Positions 1 through 11,373 of a stretch of 64,000 nt of DNA are shown in pieces. A model generated the notes under the pieces. It saw only the letters and a list, made by a program, of their open reading frames with translations, was not told the DNA's origin and did not search any database. Origin of the DNA: Chiloscyllium plagiosum. Its lineage: Eukaryota. Where the stretch lies: positions 31,400,082-31,464,081 of the forward strand of contig NC_057720.1 of the NCBI RefSeq assembly GCF_004010195.1, written 5' to 3'. The position numbers and the translations under genes are program-made. Every line of letters begins with the position of its first letter. The stretch's first letter is position 1.

Positions 1-370
1 TTGGAACGGCGAAGGATGATGGGTGACTTGATAGAGGTTTATAAGATGATCAGAGGAATAGATAGAGTAGACAGTCAGAAACTTTTTCCCCGGGTACAAC
101 AGAGTGTTACAAGGGGACATAAATTTAAGGTGAAGGGTGGAAGGTATAGGGGAGATGTCAGGGGTGGGTTCTTTACCCAGAGAGTGGTGGGGGCATGGAA
201 TGCGCTGCCTGTGGGAGTGGCAGAGTCAGAATCATTGGCAAATTTTAAGTGGCAATTGGATAGGTACATGGATGGGTGCTTAAGCTAGGACAAATGTTCG
301 GCACAACATCGTGGGCCGAAGGGCCTGTTCTGTGCTGTATTGTTCTATGTTCTATGTTCTATGTTCTATG
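1..370 (+). mobile_element. 3' end of a CR1/HER1-type LINE with (CTATGTT)n tail
   Basis: Peptide ERRRMMGDLIEVYKMIRGID...FFTQRVVGAWNALP (CR1 ORF2 C-terminus); GGGCCGAAGGGCC 3' stem-loop; microsatellite tail; nearly identical to 6832-7180. Confidence 0.93.
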
Positions 371-1283
371 TATTCAACATATAAGGTCAACTCCATACCA
401 TCCATCATCCAATGGCCTGGCAGACAGGTCAGTCCAAACTTTGAAGGCAAGTGTTCTATGTTCTATGTTCTATGTATTCAACATATAAGGTCAACTCCAT
501 ACCATCCATCATCCAATGGCCTGGCAGACAGGTCAGTCCAAACTTTGAAGGCAAGCTTAAAGAAATTACCTACAACTCCAATAGATACCGAACTTCCTAT
601 TCGATTATAGGAAGTTCGGTATCTACTGGAGTTCCTATTTGATTATAGGACCACCCATCACACAATGACAGGGATAGCTCCAGCAGAGTTGCTAATGGAG
701 AGAAGACTCCGCACCAGGTTAAATCTGATCTTCCCAGACCTGGAGAGGAGGATGAAATGGCATCAGGAATGCCAATGTCATGCAGAAGACTCCATTAAGT
801 GATAAAAACAATTTATTTCAGGGGACAAAGTTTAGTGTAGGAACCACAGGAATGGTCCAGTACGGATGAGAGGCATGGTCGATCCAAGGTCAGGTCCAGA
901 GACATATAAAGTTCAGGTAGGTGCGACTGTCCTGAACAAGTAGGTGAACCATATGAAAGCTGCAAACGGTGCAGGAGCATAGCGTGCCTGGCTCCTCGAC
1001 AGCCTTTCCAACTCTTACGGAATCCATTTCCGTCAAGAGTTGAAGATACCTTGGAAACTGAGATGGACACGGCAGATGTTGCTGCTTTGATGTCTTTGCC
1101 ACCTGAAGAAGAAAATGAGTTTCTTTCAAGACACTCCAGGCTCAAGAAGTGAGCTACTGTGCATTACATGCCACTCGTATCAAAGACACAATTGGAGGAA
1201 TCTGACCCAGTGCGAAAATGCTCCAGGAGGAGCTCGAAAAAAGAACCACCCTATGTCCTTGGACTCAGAGGCGGGGGAGGGAT
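371..1283 (+). mobile_element. Degenerate Ty3/Gypsy integrase region with polypurine tract
   Basis: QHIRSTPYHPSSNGLADRSVQTLK and FLFDYRTT..TGIAPAELLMGRRLRTRL integrase motifs; purine tract AGAGGCGGGGGAGGGA at 1267-1282 just before the TG of the LTR. Confidence 0.85.
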
Positions 1284-1511
1284 TGTAATGATGTCAGCCA
1301 GGTGGACCTCATAGAATATGAGTTCCATGTTTGGGGCTGTTAATCTGATATAATCAGAGAGTCCTGGTGACAGATATATATACCGGAGTGTCAGCCATCC
1401 AGTTCAGTCTGAGAGCTGGCTCTGAGGGAGCTGAATCAATGTCAAAGACTCTCCATGTGCAAATAATGAGTGATTTGGTGATGGAATTTCAGCCTCTGTG
1501 GAATTATTTCA
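1284..1511 (+). mobile_element. Putative 3' LTR of the Gypsy element
   Basis: Starts TGTAATG after the PPT and ends TATTTCA; related fragments at 19886-20020 (-) and about 40745-40838 (+). Confidence 0.7.
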
Positions 1512-1689
1512 GGAGGAACAAAATAGGGGTGAGAATTTTAAGATGAAGACTTTACATAACTAGGAACTAATGTAAATTAGGCAGCTTAGGGTGAAAACTG
1601 AAGAGGACGTGGTGGAGAATTTGTGAAAAAAGTCACAAACACATTCATCATTGTCTAGTGGTAACAAAGTCATGAATTCATCACTAGGT

Positions 1690-2202
1690 GAGGATGAGGG
1701 AAATGAATGTACTATCACCAAATTGTGGATGACATGAAAATAGGTGACAATACAAACTGTCTGCAGAGGGATACAAACACATTAAGTGAGTAGGCAAAAA
1801 CTTGTCAGATGACATGTAATTTGGGAAAATGTAAGCACTTTGGCAGGAAGCATAGAGGGGCTGAATAGAGGGGAGAAAAAATGCAGAAAGATGGAACAAA
1901 GGGATTTGAGGAACTTTGTGTCTGAATCACAAAGTATTGGCATATCTGTTCAGCAGGTAATAGGAAAGGCATATGGAATGTTGGCTTTTATTTCAAAGGT
2001 AATGGAAATAGAGAAGGAGAAGTCTTTCTAAACTACTTTAGGTACTGGTTAGACCACGCCTAGAATGCTCTGAACAGTTTGGTCCCTTTATCTAAGGAAA
2101 GATATAATGGCAAAAGAGGTAGTCCAGAGAAGGTTTAGTGGGTTGATCCTGTGCATGGATGGATTTTCTCAATAGAAGAAGTTCAATAGTTTGAGCCAGT
2201 AC
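1690..2202 (+). mobile_element. Old CR1 RT fragment, left part (continues at 9844)
   Basis: Degenerate KFADDTKIG-like and QQVIGKAYGMLAFI motifs; CR1 homology resumes after 9843. Confidence 0.7.
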
Positions 2203-2934
2203 TGTTATTAAGTTGAAGGCATGTACTATAACTTTAAGAGAGAGAGAATGTTGTTCTGAACTGAGAGATTACAAGCATCTGTGTATATGACTAGCTGACA
2301 GTCCTAGAGTGTACTGTAAAATTGAAAATATGGAACATTTCACTGTGAAATGGATACCTAAGTTTTGATTGCTGTTTTGGCAACAATTCAAATTGAAATT
2401 ATGCCCCAGGATACTAAAATCCAATATAGTTTTGCTAACATCAAACCAATGAGATGATCTGATGTTGCAGGGGGGTATAATGTGAGGATTTTTTGAAAAT
2501 TGGTCAGAGAGCAACTGCTGTTGAGATAGTAATGCATAGAGAGTTAACATATTGCTCTCCAAGAAATTAGGAAACACTCTCTATCAAAGGTACCTTTTCA
2601 TATCAAACATATTCACAGTAAAAAGAAAGAAGATGACCCAGGGAGATCCCTATGCGGGCGCACAGAGAGAAGAGCCGGAAAGTAATCAGAGACCAGTTTA
2701 AATTAACATTTTCTTTTCGCAGTCTGTGTTTTTTTTTCAACTAGGAGTGAGAACCCGGAAGTCGTCAACAGAGGCTTCTGGGAAAGTAAGAAGTTTGAGT
2801 GGAGAAGGAACTCAAGACACTACACGTGTAGTGTCTCCCACCCTTTCCTCCTCCTCTAACCTAAAAAAAAGGACTCAGCCGGCTGAACAGGTAAGCTACT
2901 TAATGTTCTTGTTTTGGAGACTAAGTGTAGAGTT

Positions 2935-3863
2935 ATGGCAGCGCAGGCAGAGGAATGTTCCTCCTGCAGGATGTTTGAGGTGGGGTGACCACCGATACTC
3001 CTGCCGACCTCACCTGCAAGAAGTGCAGCCAGCTCCAGCTCCTCACAGACCGCATTAGGGAACTGGAGCTGGAGTTGGATGAACTGAGGATTATTTGAGA
3101 GGCTGAGAGGGTGATAGATAGAAGCTACATGGGCATAGTTATGCCAGAGAACAGGGGTAGTTGGGTAACAGTTAGAGGTGGGAAGGGAAGGAAGCAGGCA
3201 GTCCAGGGATCCCCCTGTGGTCGTTCCCCTCAACAATAAGTATACCGCTTTGGATACTGTTGGGGGGGACGGCCTAGCAGGGGTAAGCTGCAGTGACTGG
3301 GTCTCTGGCATGAGGTCCGGCTCTGAGGCCCAGAAGGGAAAGGGGGAGAGGAGGAGAGCGCTAGTTATAGGAGACTCTATAGTTAGAGGGACAGACAGAC
3401 GGTTCTGTGGACATGGGCGAGACTCTCGGATGGTTTGTTGCCTCCCAGGTGTCAGGGTCTGGGACATCTCGGACCGTGTCTTCAGAATCCTTAAGGGGGA
3501 GGGTGTGCAGCCAGAAGTCGTGGTGCACATTGGCACCAACGACATAAGTAGGAAGAGGGGTCGGGTGGTCATTCAGGAGCTCAGGAAGTTACGTGAAAGC
3601 TAAAAGCGAGGACGGACAGAGTCATCATGTCTGGGTTATTGCCGGTGCCACGTGACAGTGAGGCAAGGAATAGGGAGAGAGTGCAGTTGAACACGTGGCT
3701 GCAAGGATGGTGTAGGAGAGAGGGCTTCAGGTATTTGGACAATTGGACTGCATTCTGGGGAAGGTGGGACCTGTACAAGCAGGACGGGTTGCACCTGAAC
3801 CAGAAGGGCACCAATATCCTGGGAGCTAGGTTTGCTAGCACTCTTCGGGGGGGTTTACACTAA
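2935..3863 (+). pseudogene. CR1 ORF1 (Zn-finger/leucine zipper plus SGNH esterase), frameshifted
   Basis: MAAQAEECSSCRMF start; LVIGDSIVRG, VVVHIGTNDI and QDGLHLN esterase blocks. Confidence 0.9.
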
Positions 3864-3946
3864 TTTGGCAGGGGGATGGGATCCGGACTTGTAGTCCAGC
3901 AAATAGGTTAGCTGTTTTTCAGGATGTCCAAGAATATAGGGAGGCT

Positions 3947-6900
3947 GTGGAGAAGGTAGCACTGATAGGGAGTACTTGCAGACACAGAGATGGGCTCAAG
4001 TGTGTATACTTCAACGCAAGGAGTATCAGAAATAAGGTGGGTGAACTTAAGGCGTGGATTGGTACTTGGGACTACGATGTTGTGGCCATCACGGAAATGT
4101 GGATAGAAGAGGGACAGGAATGGTTGTTGGAGGTTCCTGGTTACAGATGTTTCAGTAACATTAGGGAGGTTGGTAAAAAAGGAGGAGGGGTGGCGTTGCT
4201 GATTAGAAATGGTATGATGGCTGCAGAAAGGCAGTTCGAGGGGGATCTGCCTTTGGAGGTAGTATGGGCTGAAGTCAGAAATAGGAAAGGAGCAGTCACC
4301 TTGTTGGGTGTTTACTAGAGGCCCCCCAATAGCAGCAGAGATTTGGAGAAACAGATTGGGAAACAGATTTTGGAAAGCTGCAGAAGCCACAGGGTAGTAG
4401 TCATGGGCGATTTCAACTTCCCAAATATTCATTGGAAGCTCTTTAGATCAAGTAGATTGAATGGNNNNNNNNNNNNNNNNNNNNNNNNNNNNNNNNNNNN
4501 NNNNNNNNNNNNNNNNNNNNNNNNNNNNNNNNNNNNNNNNNNNNNNNNNNNNNNNNNNNNNNNNNNNNNNNNNNNNNNNNNNNNNNNNNNNNNNNNNNNN
4601 NNNNNNNNNNNNNNNNNNNNNNNNNNNNNNNNNNNNNNNNNNNNNNNNNNNNNNNNNNNNNNNNNNNNNNNNNNNNNNNNNNNNNNNNNNNNNNNNNNNN
4701 NNNNNNNNNNNNNNNNNNNNNNNNNNNNNNNNNNNNNNNNNNNNNNNNNNNNNNNNNNNNNNNNNNNNNNNNNNNNNNNNNNNNNNNNNNNNNNNNNNNN
4801 NNNNNNNNNNNNNNNNNNNNNNNNNNNNNNNNNNNNNNNNNNNNNNNNNNNNNNNNNNNNNNNNNNNNNNNNNNNNNNNNNNNNNNNNNNNNNNNNNNNN
4901 NNNNNNNNNNNNNNNNNNNNNNNNNNNNNNNNNNNNNNNNNNNNNNNNNNNNNNNNNNNNNNNNNNNNNNNNNNNNNNNNNNNNNNNNNNNNNNNNNNNN
5001 NNNNNNNNNNNNNNNNNNNNNNNNNNNNNNNNNNNNNNNNNNNNNNNNNNNNNNNNNNNNNNNNNNNNNNNNNNNNNNNNNNNNNNNNNNNNNNNNNNNN
5101 NNNNNNNNNNNNNNNNNNNNNNNNNNNNNNNNNNNNNNNNNNNNNNNNNNNNNNNNNNNNNNNNNNNNNNNNNNNNNNNNNNNNNNNNNNNNNNNNNNAA
5201 GACAGGATCTGAGGAGCATAAGTTGGGAGCATAGGCTGTCAGGGAAGGATGTCGTTGAAATGTGGAACTTTTTCAAGGAACAGATACAACGTGTCCTTGA
5301 TATGTATGTACCTGTCAGGCAGGAAAGAGATGGTCGTGTGAGGGAACCTTGGTTGACAAGGGAGGTTGAATGTCTTGTAAGGAGGAAGAAGGAGGCTTAC
5401 ATAAGGTTGAGGAAACAAGGTTCAGGAGAGCGTTAGAGGGATACAGGATAGCCAGGAGGGAGCTGAAGAAAGGGATTAGGAGAGCTAAGAGAGGGCATGA
5501 AAAATCTTTGGCAGGTAGGATCAAGGATAACACCAAGGCATTTTATGCGTATGTGAGAAACATGAGAATGACGAGAACGAGGATAGGTCCGATCAAGGAC
5601 AGTAGTGGGAGACTGTGTATTGAGTCAGAAGAGATAGGAGAAGTCTTCAATGAGTGCTTCTCTTCAGTATTTACAAACGAGAGGCACCGTACTGTTGAAG
5701 AGGAGAGTATGAAACGGACTGGTAAGCTAGAGGAGATGCTTGTTAGGGAGGAAGATGTGTTAGGCATTTTGAAAAACTTAAAAAGGATAGACAAGTCCCC
5801 CGGGCCTGACGGGATATATCCTAGGATTATGTGGGAAGCAAGAGAGGAAATTTCAGAACCGTTGGCAATGATCGTTTCGTCTTCACTGTCAATGGGGGTG
5901 GTGCCAGGGGACTGGAGAGTGGCGAATGTTGTGCCCCTGTTCAAAAAAGGGAATAGGGATAACCCCGGGAATTACAGGCCAGTTAGTCTTACTTCGGTGG
6001 TAGGCAAAGTAATGGAAAGGGTACTGAGGGATAGGATTTATGAGTATCTGGAAAGACACTGCTGGATCAGGGACAGCCAGCACGGATTTGTGAAGGGTAG
6101 GTCTTGCCTGACAAGTCTTATTGAATTCTTTGAGGAGGTGACCAAGCATGTGGATGAGGGTAGAGCAGTGGATGTAGTGTACATGGATTTTAGTAAGGCA
6201 TTTGATAAGGTTCCCCATGGTAGACTTAAGTGGAAAGTCAGGAGGCATGGAATGGTGGGAAGTTTGGCCAGTTGGATGGAGAACTGGCTAACCGGTCGAA
6301 GTCAGAGAGTGGTGGTAGATGGTAAATATCAGCCTGGAGCCCAGTTACAAGTGGAGTTCCACAGGGATCAGTTCTGGGTCCTCTGCTGTTTGTAATGTTT
6401 ATTAATGACTTGGAAGAGGGAGTCGAAGGGTGTGTCAGTAAATTTGCAGATGATACGAAGATTGGTGAAGTTGTGGATAGTGAGGAGGGCTGTTGTCGGC
6501 TGCAAAGGGACTTAGATATGATGCAGAGCTGGGCTGAGGAGTGGCAGATGGAGTACAACCCTGTCAAGTGTGAGGTTGTCCATTTTGGAAGAACAAATAA
6601 GAATGCGGAATACAGGGTTAAAGGTAGGGTTCTTAGTGAGGTGGAGGAACAGAGGCATCTTGGGGTCTATGTTCATAGATCTGTGAAAGTTGCCACTCAG
6701 GTGGATAGAGATTGTAAGAANNNNNNNNNNNNNNNNNNNNNNNNNNNNNNNNNNNNNNNNNNNACAGGATGTTGCCTGGAATGGAGAATAGGTCGTACGA
6801 GGATAGGTTGAGCGTGCTAGGCCTTTTCTCATTGGAACGGAGAAGGATGAGGGGTGACTTGATAGAGGTTTATAAGATGATCAGGGGAATAGATAGAGTA

Positions 6901-7113
6901 GACAGTCAGAGACTTTTCCCCGGGTACAATAGAGTGTTACAAGGGGACATAAATTTAAGGTGAAGGGTGGAAGATATAGGGGGTTGACAGGGGTAGGTTC
7001 TTTACCCAGAGAGTGGTGGGGGCATGGAATGCGCAGCCTGTGGGAGTGGCAGAGTCAGAATCATTGGTGACCTTTAAGCGGCAATTGGATAGATACATGG
7101 ATAGGTGCTTAAG
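3947..7113 (+). pseudogene. CR1 ORF2 (AP endonuclease plus reverse transcriptase), frameshifted and gapped
   Basis: YFNARSI, VAITE, MGDFN (APE); KSPGPDGI, NYRPVSLTS, QHGF, DFSKAFDKV, KFADDTK (RT). Confidence 0.93.
4465..5198. other. Assembly gap (N run); further gaps at 6721-6763, 12534-13033 and 32198-33051
   Basis: Runs of N. Confidence 0.99.
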
Positions 7114-7328
7114 CTAGCACAAATGTTCGGCACAACATCGTGGGCCGAAGGGCCTGTTCTGTGCTGTATTGTTCTATGTTATCCCTAGTCTGAAGAAGAA
7201 AGATGCAGAAGACGACAGCAGCTTTGTGGTTTTGATATTAAGTTGCTGTAATTTTACTAAGTGTATTATTGGAACAGCATAATGTTATAGAGTTGGAGGC
7301 AGATAATAAGCAATTAATAGAAAGGGAG

Positions 7329-9673
7329 CTGTATATACTCGTGTATAGGTTTATCTCTTAATATAAGTTGACCCCTTATTTTTGGCCAGAAATCTGGTAT
7401 TTTTCATCTACTTCATGTATAAGTTAATCCCAGTTTTCTTGGGGTCTCTTCCTGACCATACATGCAGCCTTAAAAGGCATGATTTGCACATTTTTGATTC
7501 AAGTGCAATACATGTGTCATCACATGTTACATGCACAAGTACATATTTGTACAACGTGATTTTCAAATCATTAAATTGAATGTTAATAACTATATATGGT
7601 TTATATACTGTATATATTGATTTATGTAATATTTACATACATATATTTGACCCGAGCATGCAAATATCTACAGTACCTTACGGCAGCTCTCGGAACATGT
7701 CTTCCTGCTGTTGTCTCAGTTTCTTAGAAGTAGGTAATGCATACAGTTGCGCTCTGGATTTATTATAAAACTCCCCCAAATGTTTCTGACAAAATGGCAT
7801 CATGAAGAAACAAGTATACAGCACAGTTTAAACTAAAAGTTATTGAAGTTGCAGAGAAGAACAACAATAGCGTAGCTGCAAGGGAGTTCTGTGTTTCTGG
7901 AAAACTTGTTTGAGATTGGAGGAAAAAAGCCACACAGTTAAAGGCTATGCCAAAACAGAAGTAGGCCAACTGAGGCAAGCTGAACAAGTGGCTACAATGA
8001 GAGGAAAAGATTGCTGACTAGGTAATTCAGTGTCATCAGAACAGAAGCATAGTGCCTCAACAATATATAAGAATACATACCATAAACGAAACAAAAAAAG
8101 ATGGATTCAGTGATTTCAAAGCCAATGCTGGATGGTGCAGTAGGTTGATGAAAAGATATGATTTAGTGCTTAGACAGAAAACTAAGATTGCCCAACGTCT
8201 ACCAGCAGAACTTAATGACAAGTTAATTGGGTTCCATCACTTTGTATTGAGAAGTTGGAAGAAAGATGAGTACAGATTCTCGTGCTTCAGTAATATGGAC
8301 AAAATCCCAATGAACCTTGATATGCGAGGGAACAGAACTGTGGACAATGTTGGAGCAAATACATTTTGGTTAAGACAACCGGCCCTGAAAGGAGTTGGTT
8401 CACTGTGGTACTTGTTGTATGGCAGACGGAACAAAGTTAAAGCCTAAGGTGATTTTTAACCGGAAAACTCTGCCCAACTGGAAATTTCCGAAAGGCATTG
8501 TTGTCCTTGTCCATGAAAAGGGTGGATAGATGAAGGTGGCTTCAAGACTTGAATTAGGGAATATGCGACCAGGTGGACTTAGAAAGGAAAAAAGTTTACC
8601 GGTTTGGGATATGTTCAGATCGCACAGAGTGAAAAATATCATCAGTGAACTTTGAGATAACAAGACTGACATTGAATGATTCCTGGAGGCCTTATGAGCA
8701 TTGTGCAGCCATTGGATGTTAGCATTAATAAACCTTTTAAGGACTTAATATGGAAGGAATGAGACACTTAGATGCAAGAAGGGGGAAAAAAGCCACTAAA
8801 GGTGGCAACATGCATGCTCCATTATATGCACTGTATGTGAGTGGATTGTTGATTCCTGGAAGGAGATGAAAACTGAAATTATTGTGAAAGCCTTCAAAAA
8901 ATGTGGAATTTCTAATGCTTTAGATGGTACAGAGGATGTCTATTTATGGTCAGATGGAAATGACAAATCAAACGATGATCCCTTGAGATTGCAGAAGCAG
9001 ATGATCCATATAATGATCTGCTTGACCCATATGACTGGAATGAATTATTCAATGGTGCAACTGATGAGGACAGTGAATTTGAAGGATTTTCATGGATTTT
9101 TCAATGTATCGGTAACTTTTATTATAAGCAGCTATCTCATAATATTTGTGATGTACAGTGAGGAGGGATGTTTGCTGTGAATATCAGTTTTTGATGTAAA
9201 GTGTTTATTGTATGTTATTAACAGTTTCATGCGGTCTTTTTAAAATTAAATACTACCAGTCCATTTTATTGATTTTACTGCTCCTCTGTTTTTATTGCAT
9301 GAATTGTGTGTTGTACAAATATCCCCGGTAGACGGCCTGACCACCTGCTGGTATGCCTGTTAACTTTTGTACATATGTGTAGACCTACATGCACTCCATG
9401 GTACTGGTAACTGGAGTATGGTACGACAATACCATTCCACCATAGCAGGCAGAATGGGGATAGTTATTTTGTAGATAAATATTCAATAATGGCCATAATA
9501 CATTTTCCTTTTTTTTACTATTTTATACAGAGATCAGGCTCTTGTTTGTCTATTTTTTGACTTATGCCAAGCATAAATTTCATTCCCTCAAAAAAAACCA
9601 TGTGTATAAGTTGACCCTCTAATTTCAGCTAAAGAAAGTCTTCAATACTCGACCTATACATAAGTATATATGG
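7329..9673 (+). mobile_element. Full-length decayed pogo-superfamily DNA transposon (Passer/POGK-like)
   Basis: TIRs CTGTATATACTCGTGTATAGGT and ACCTATACATAAGTATATATGG followed by TA; subterminal TATAAGTTGACCC repeats; internal transposase. Confidence 0.88.
7794..9080 (+). pseudogene. pogo transposase pseudogene (Brinker-like DBD, CENP-B HTH, DDE_1)
   Basis: KYTAQFKLKVIEVAE..NSVAAREF; FKANAGWCSRLMKRY; NMDKIP; VWDMFRSH; IPGGLMSIVQPLDVSINKPFKD; AFKKCGIS; multiple stops and frameshifts. Confidence 0.9.
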
Positions 9674-9843
9674 TAGTTGTTTAATGTTCACTTTTAGAGT
9701 TAAAAATAAATTGAGGTTATTTTCTTTAAATAGTGGAATTTAGGAGTTATCTTTCACTCATATTTTAACAGATTACAAGGTGAGGTGAGCTTTTCTGAGT
9801 GTTTGGTTTAATTAGCAGAGGGGTTTACCGCTGTGTTGTAAAA

Positions 9844-10255
9844 GTGCTCATTGGTGTTTTATTCAGAATGAGAAGCAACCTTATTGAAACATGTAAGATA
9901 CTTAGAGGACTTGGCAGGGTAGATGTCGAGATATTGTTTCCCCTCATAACAGAGGGCATAATTTCTGAATTGGGGAGGGGGGGGGGCGGGGGAATGGTGG
10001 TGGTGACCCAGTTACGAGAAAGATGAGGAGAAATTTATAAGAGCAATCGCTGAATTTATGGAATTCTTGAATGCAGAAGAATGTCAAGGCTGGAAAGGTA
10101 AGTATATTCAAGTCTGAGATAGATTTTTAATCACTAAGGGAATCGAGGGATTTGAGAAAAGGCGGGAAAGTAGATTTGAGGTTTATCAGAGCATTCATGT
10201 CCTCATTGAATGGTGGAGCAAATTCAATAAGCCAAATAGTCTCCTCCTGCCACTT
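9844..10255 (+). mobile_element. Old CR1 3' end, right part (continuation of 1690-2202)
   Basis: RMRSNLIETCKILRGLGRVD CR1 C-terminal motif and 3'UTR-like sequence. Confidence 0.7.
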
Positions 10256-11035
10256 TATCTTACCGCCTAAAACTGGGCAAAAATGGATGATGAAATCCAG
10301 CTCAAAATTAGGAATCTTAATGGTGGGCAACGTGTTGAGCTGTGCATTTCAAGATCAGTTAGGATCCCAAAATTGCAAACAAATTGATTTAATCTCAAAT
10401 TGTTGATAAAGAGATGTATGGAGTCAGTTGCTGACAAGACCATTGGGGCAGCAAGAAGGAAGGTGATGTTGACAAAGGCAGAGGAGCAAGGGGATGTCCA
10501 GCTAGGCCTGAGGAGCGAAAGGAGATTGTCAGAGGAACAAGCAGGGCATAGGGCTAATGAAGTCAGAGAAGTGACATCGGGAGATACTGCAGAGGCCCAG
10601 AATAACAAGGAAAGTGAGTGAGTTGGGACACAGGTGGGTGCAAAAAACCTGGGAATGGACCCAAACTTCAATGCGTCAATTAAGTCAAGAGTACAAGTGA
10701 GCGCCTCAGGTCAAAATAAAACTATGAGCACCACAAAATTGTGCATCTAAAATTCCTTACTTTCATTCTGCTGCCTCAACCTCAGCTACATGCTGATCCC
10801 TTAAATAACAACCTTGCTTCCAACATACATACACAACACACACTGCTGCCTACACATACTAAGAATCCTCTTACCCCAACCCCTTTCTCCACAGGAACCC
10901 CTCTTCCTAATCCTCCACTTGACCCATGCTAGTCAAGCCTTCCCCTTCTACCACTCACCATCTTGCCTGAATATTCCTCTAGCTTGGGTTTTCTGATTGT
11001 TATCGCTGAGCTAGAGGCACATGGCATGCAGCTCT

Positions 11036-11373
11036 TATAGAATCTCTACAGTATGGAAGCAGTCCATTTGACCCATCGAGTCTACACTGACTGTCTGAAG
11101 AGTGTCTCACCCCTCTACCGATAATATCACATTTCCCATGGCTAATCCATCTAATCTACATATCCCTGCACACTAAGGATAATTTAGCATGGCCAATTGA
11201 CCAAACTGCACGTCTTTGGATTGTGGGAAGAAACCGGAGCAGCCGGAGAAAACCCACTCAGACACGAGGAGAATGTGCAAACTCCACACAGACAGTCACA
11301 TGAGGGTGGAATCAAACATGGATTTCTGGTGCTATGAGGTAGCAGTGCTAATCACTGAGCCTCTGTGCCACCC
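11036..11373 (-). mobile_element. HE1-type tRNA-derived V-SINE
   Basis: Minus-strand head GGTGGCACAGAGGCTCAGTGATTAGCACTGCT, V-domain TGTGGAGTTTGCACATTCTCC, CR1-like tail. Confidence 0.85.

Larger units (their letters stand above)
2653..7180 (+). mobile_element. Near full-length CR1/HER1-type LINE (5'UTR, ORF1, ORF2, 3' tail)
   Basis: 7 bp TSD ATCCCTA at 2646-2652 and 7181-7187; ORF1 and ORF2 motifs; CR1 3' stem-loop and tail. Confidence 0.93.
2203..9843 (+). mobile_element. Solo LTR (about 760 bp reconstituted) split by a CR1 and a pogo insertion
   Basis: Start TGTTATTAAG...TGTACTATAACTTTAAGAGAG and end TTAATTAGCAGAGGGGTTTACC match the LTR at 38990-40384 and the fragment at 35555-35649; flanks GTAC/GTGC fit a decayed 4 bp TSD. 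Confidence 0.7.

Noticed and set aside
2810..2880. HDV-like ribozyme in the CR1 5'UTR
   Set aside because: Only a simple hairpin; I could not build the P2/P3/P1.1 nested pseudoknot.
2856..3572. 238 aa antisense ORF over CR1 ORF1
   Set aside because: Antisense shadow of a GC-rich coding region with no independent motifs.
4343..5276. Long ORFs spanning N runs (also 12466-13113 and 32015-33232)
   Set aside because: Artefacts of translating assembly gaps.
7794..9080. Host POGK/TIGD gene
   Set aside because: Multiple stops and frameshifts plus flanking TIRs indicate a dead transposon.
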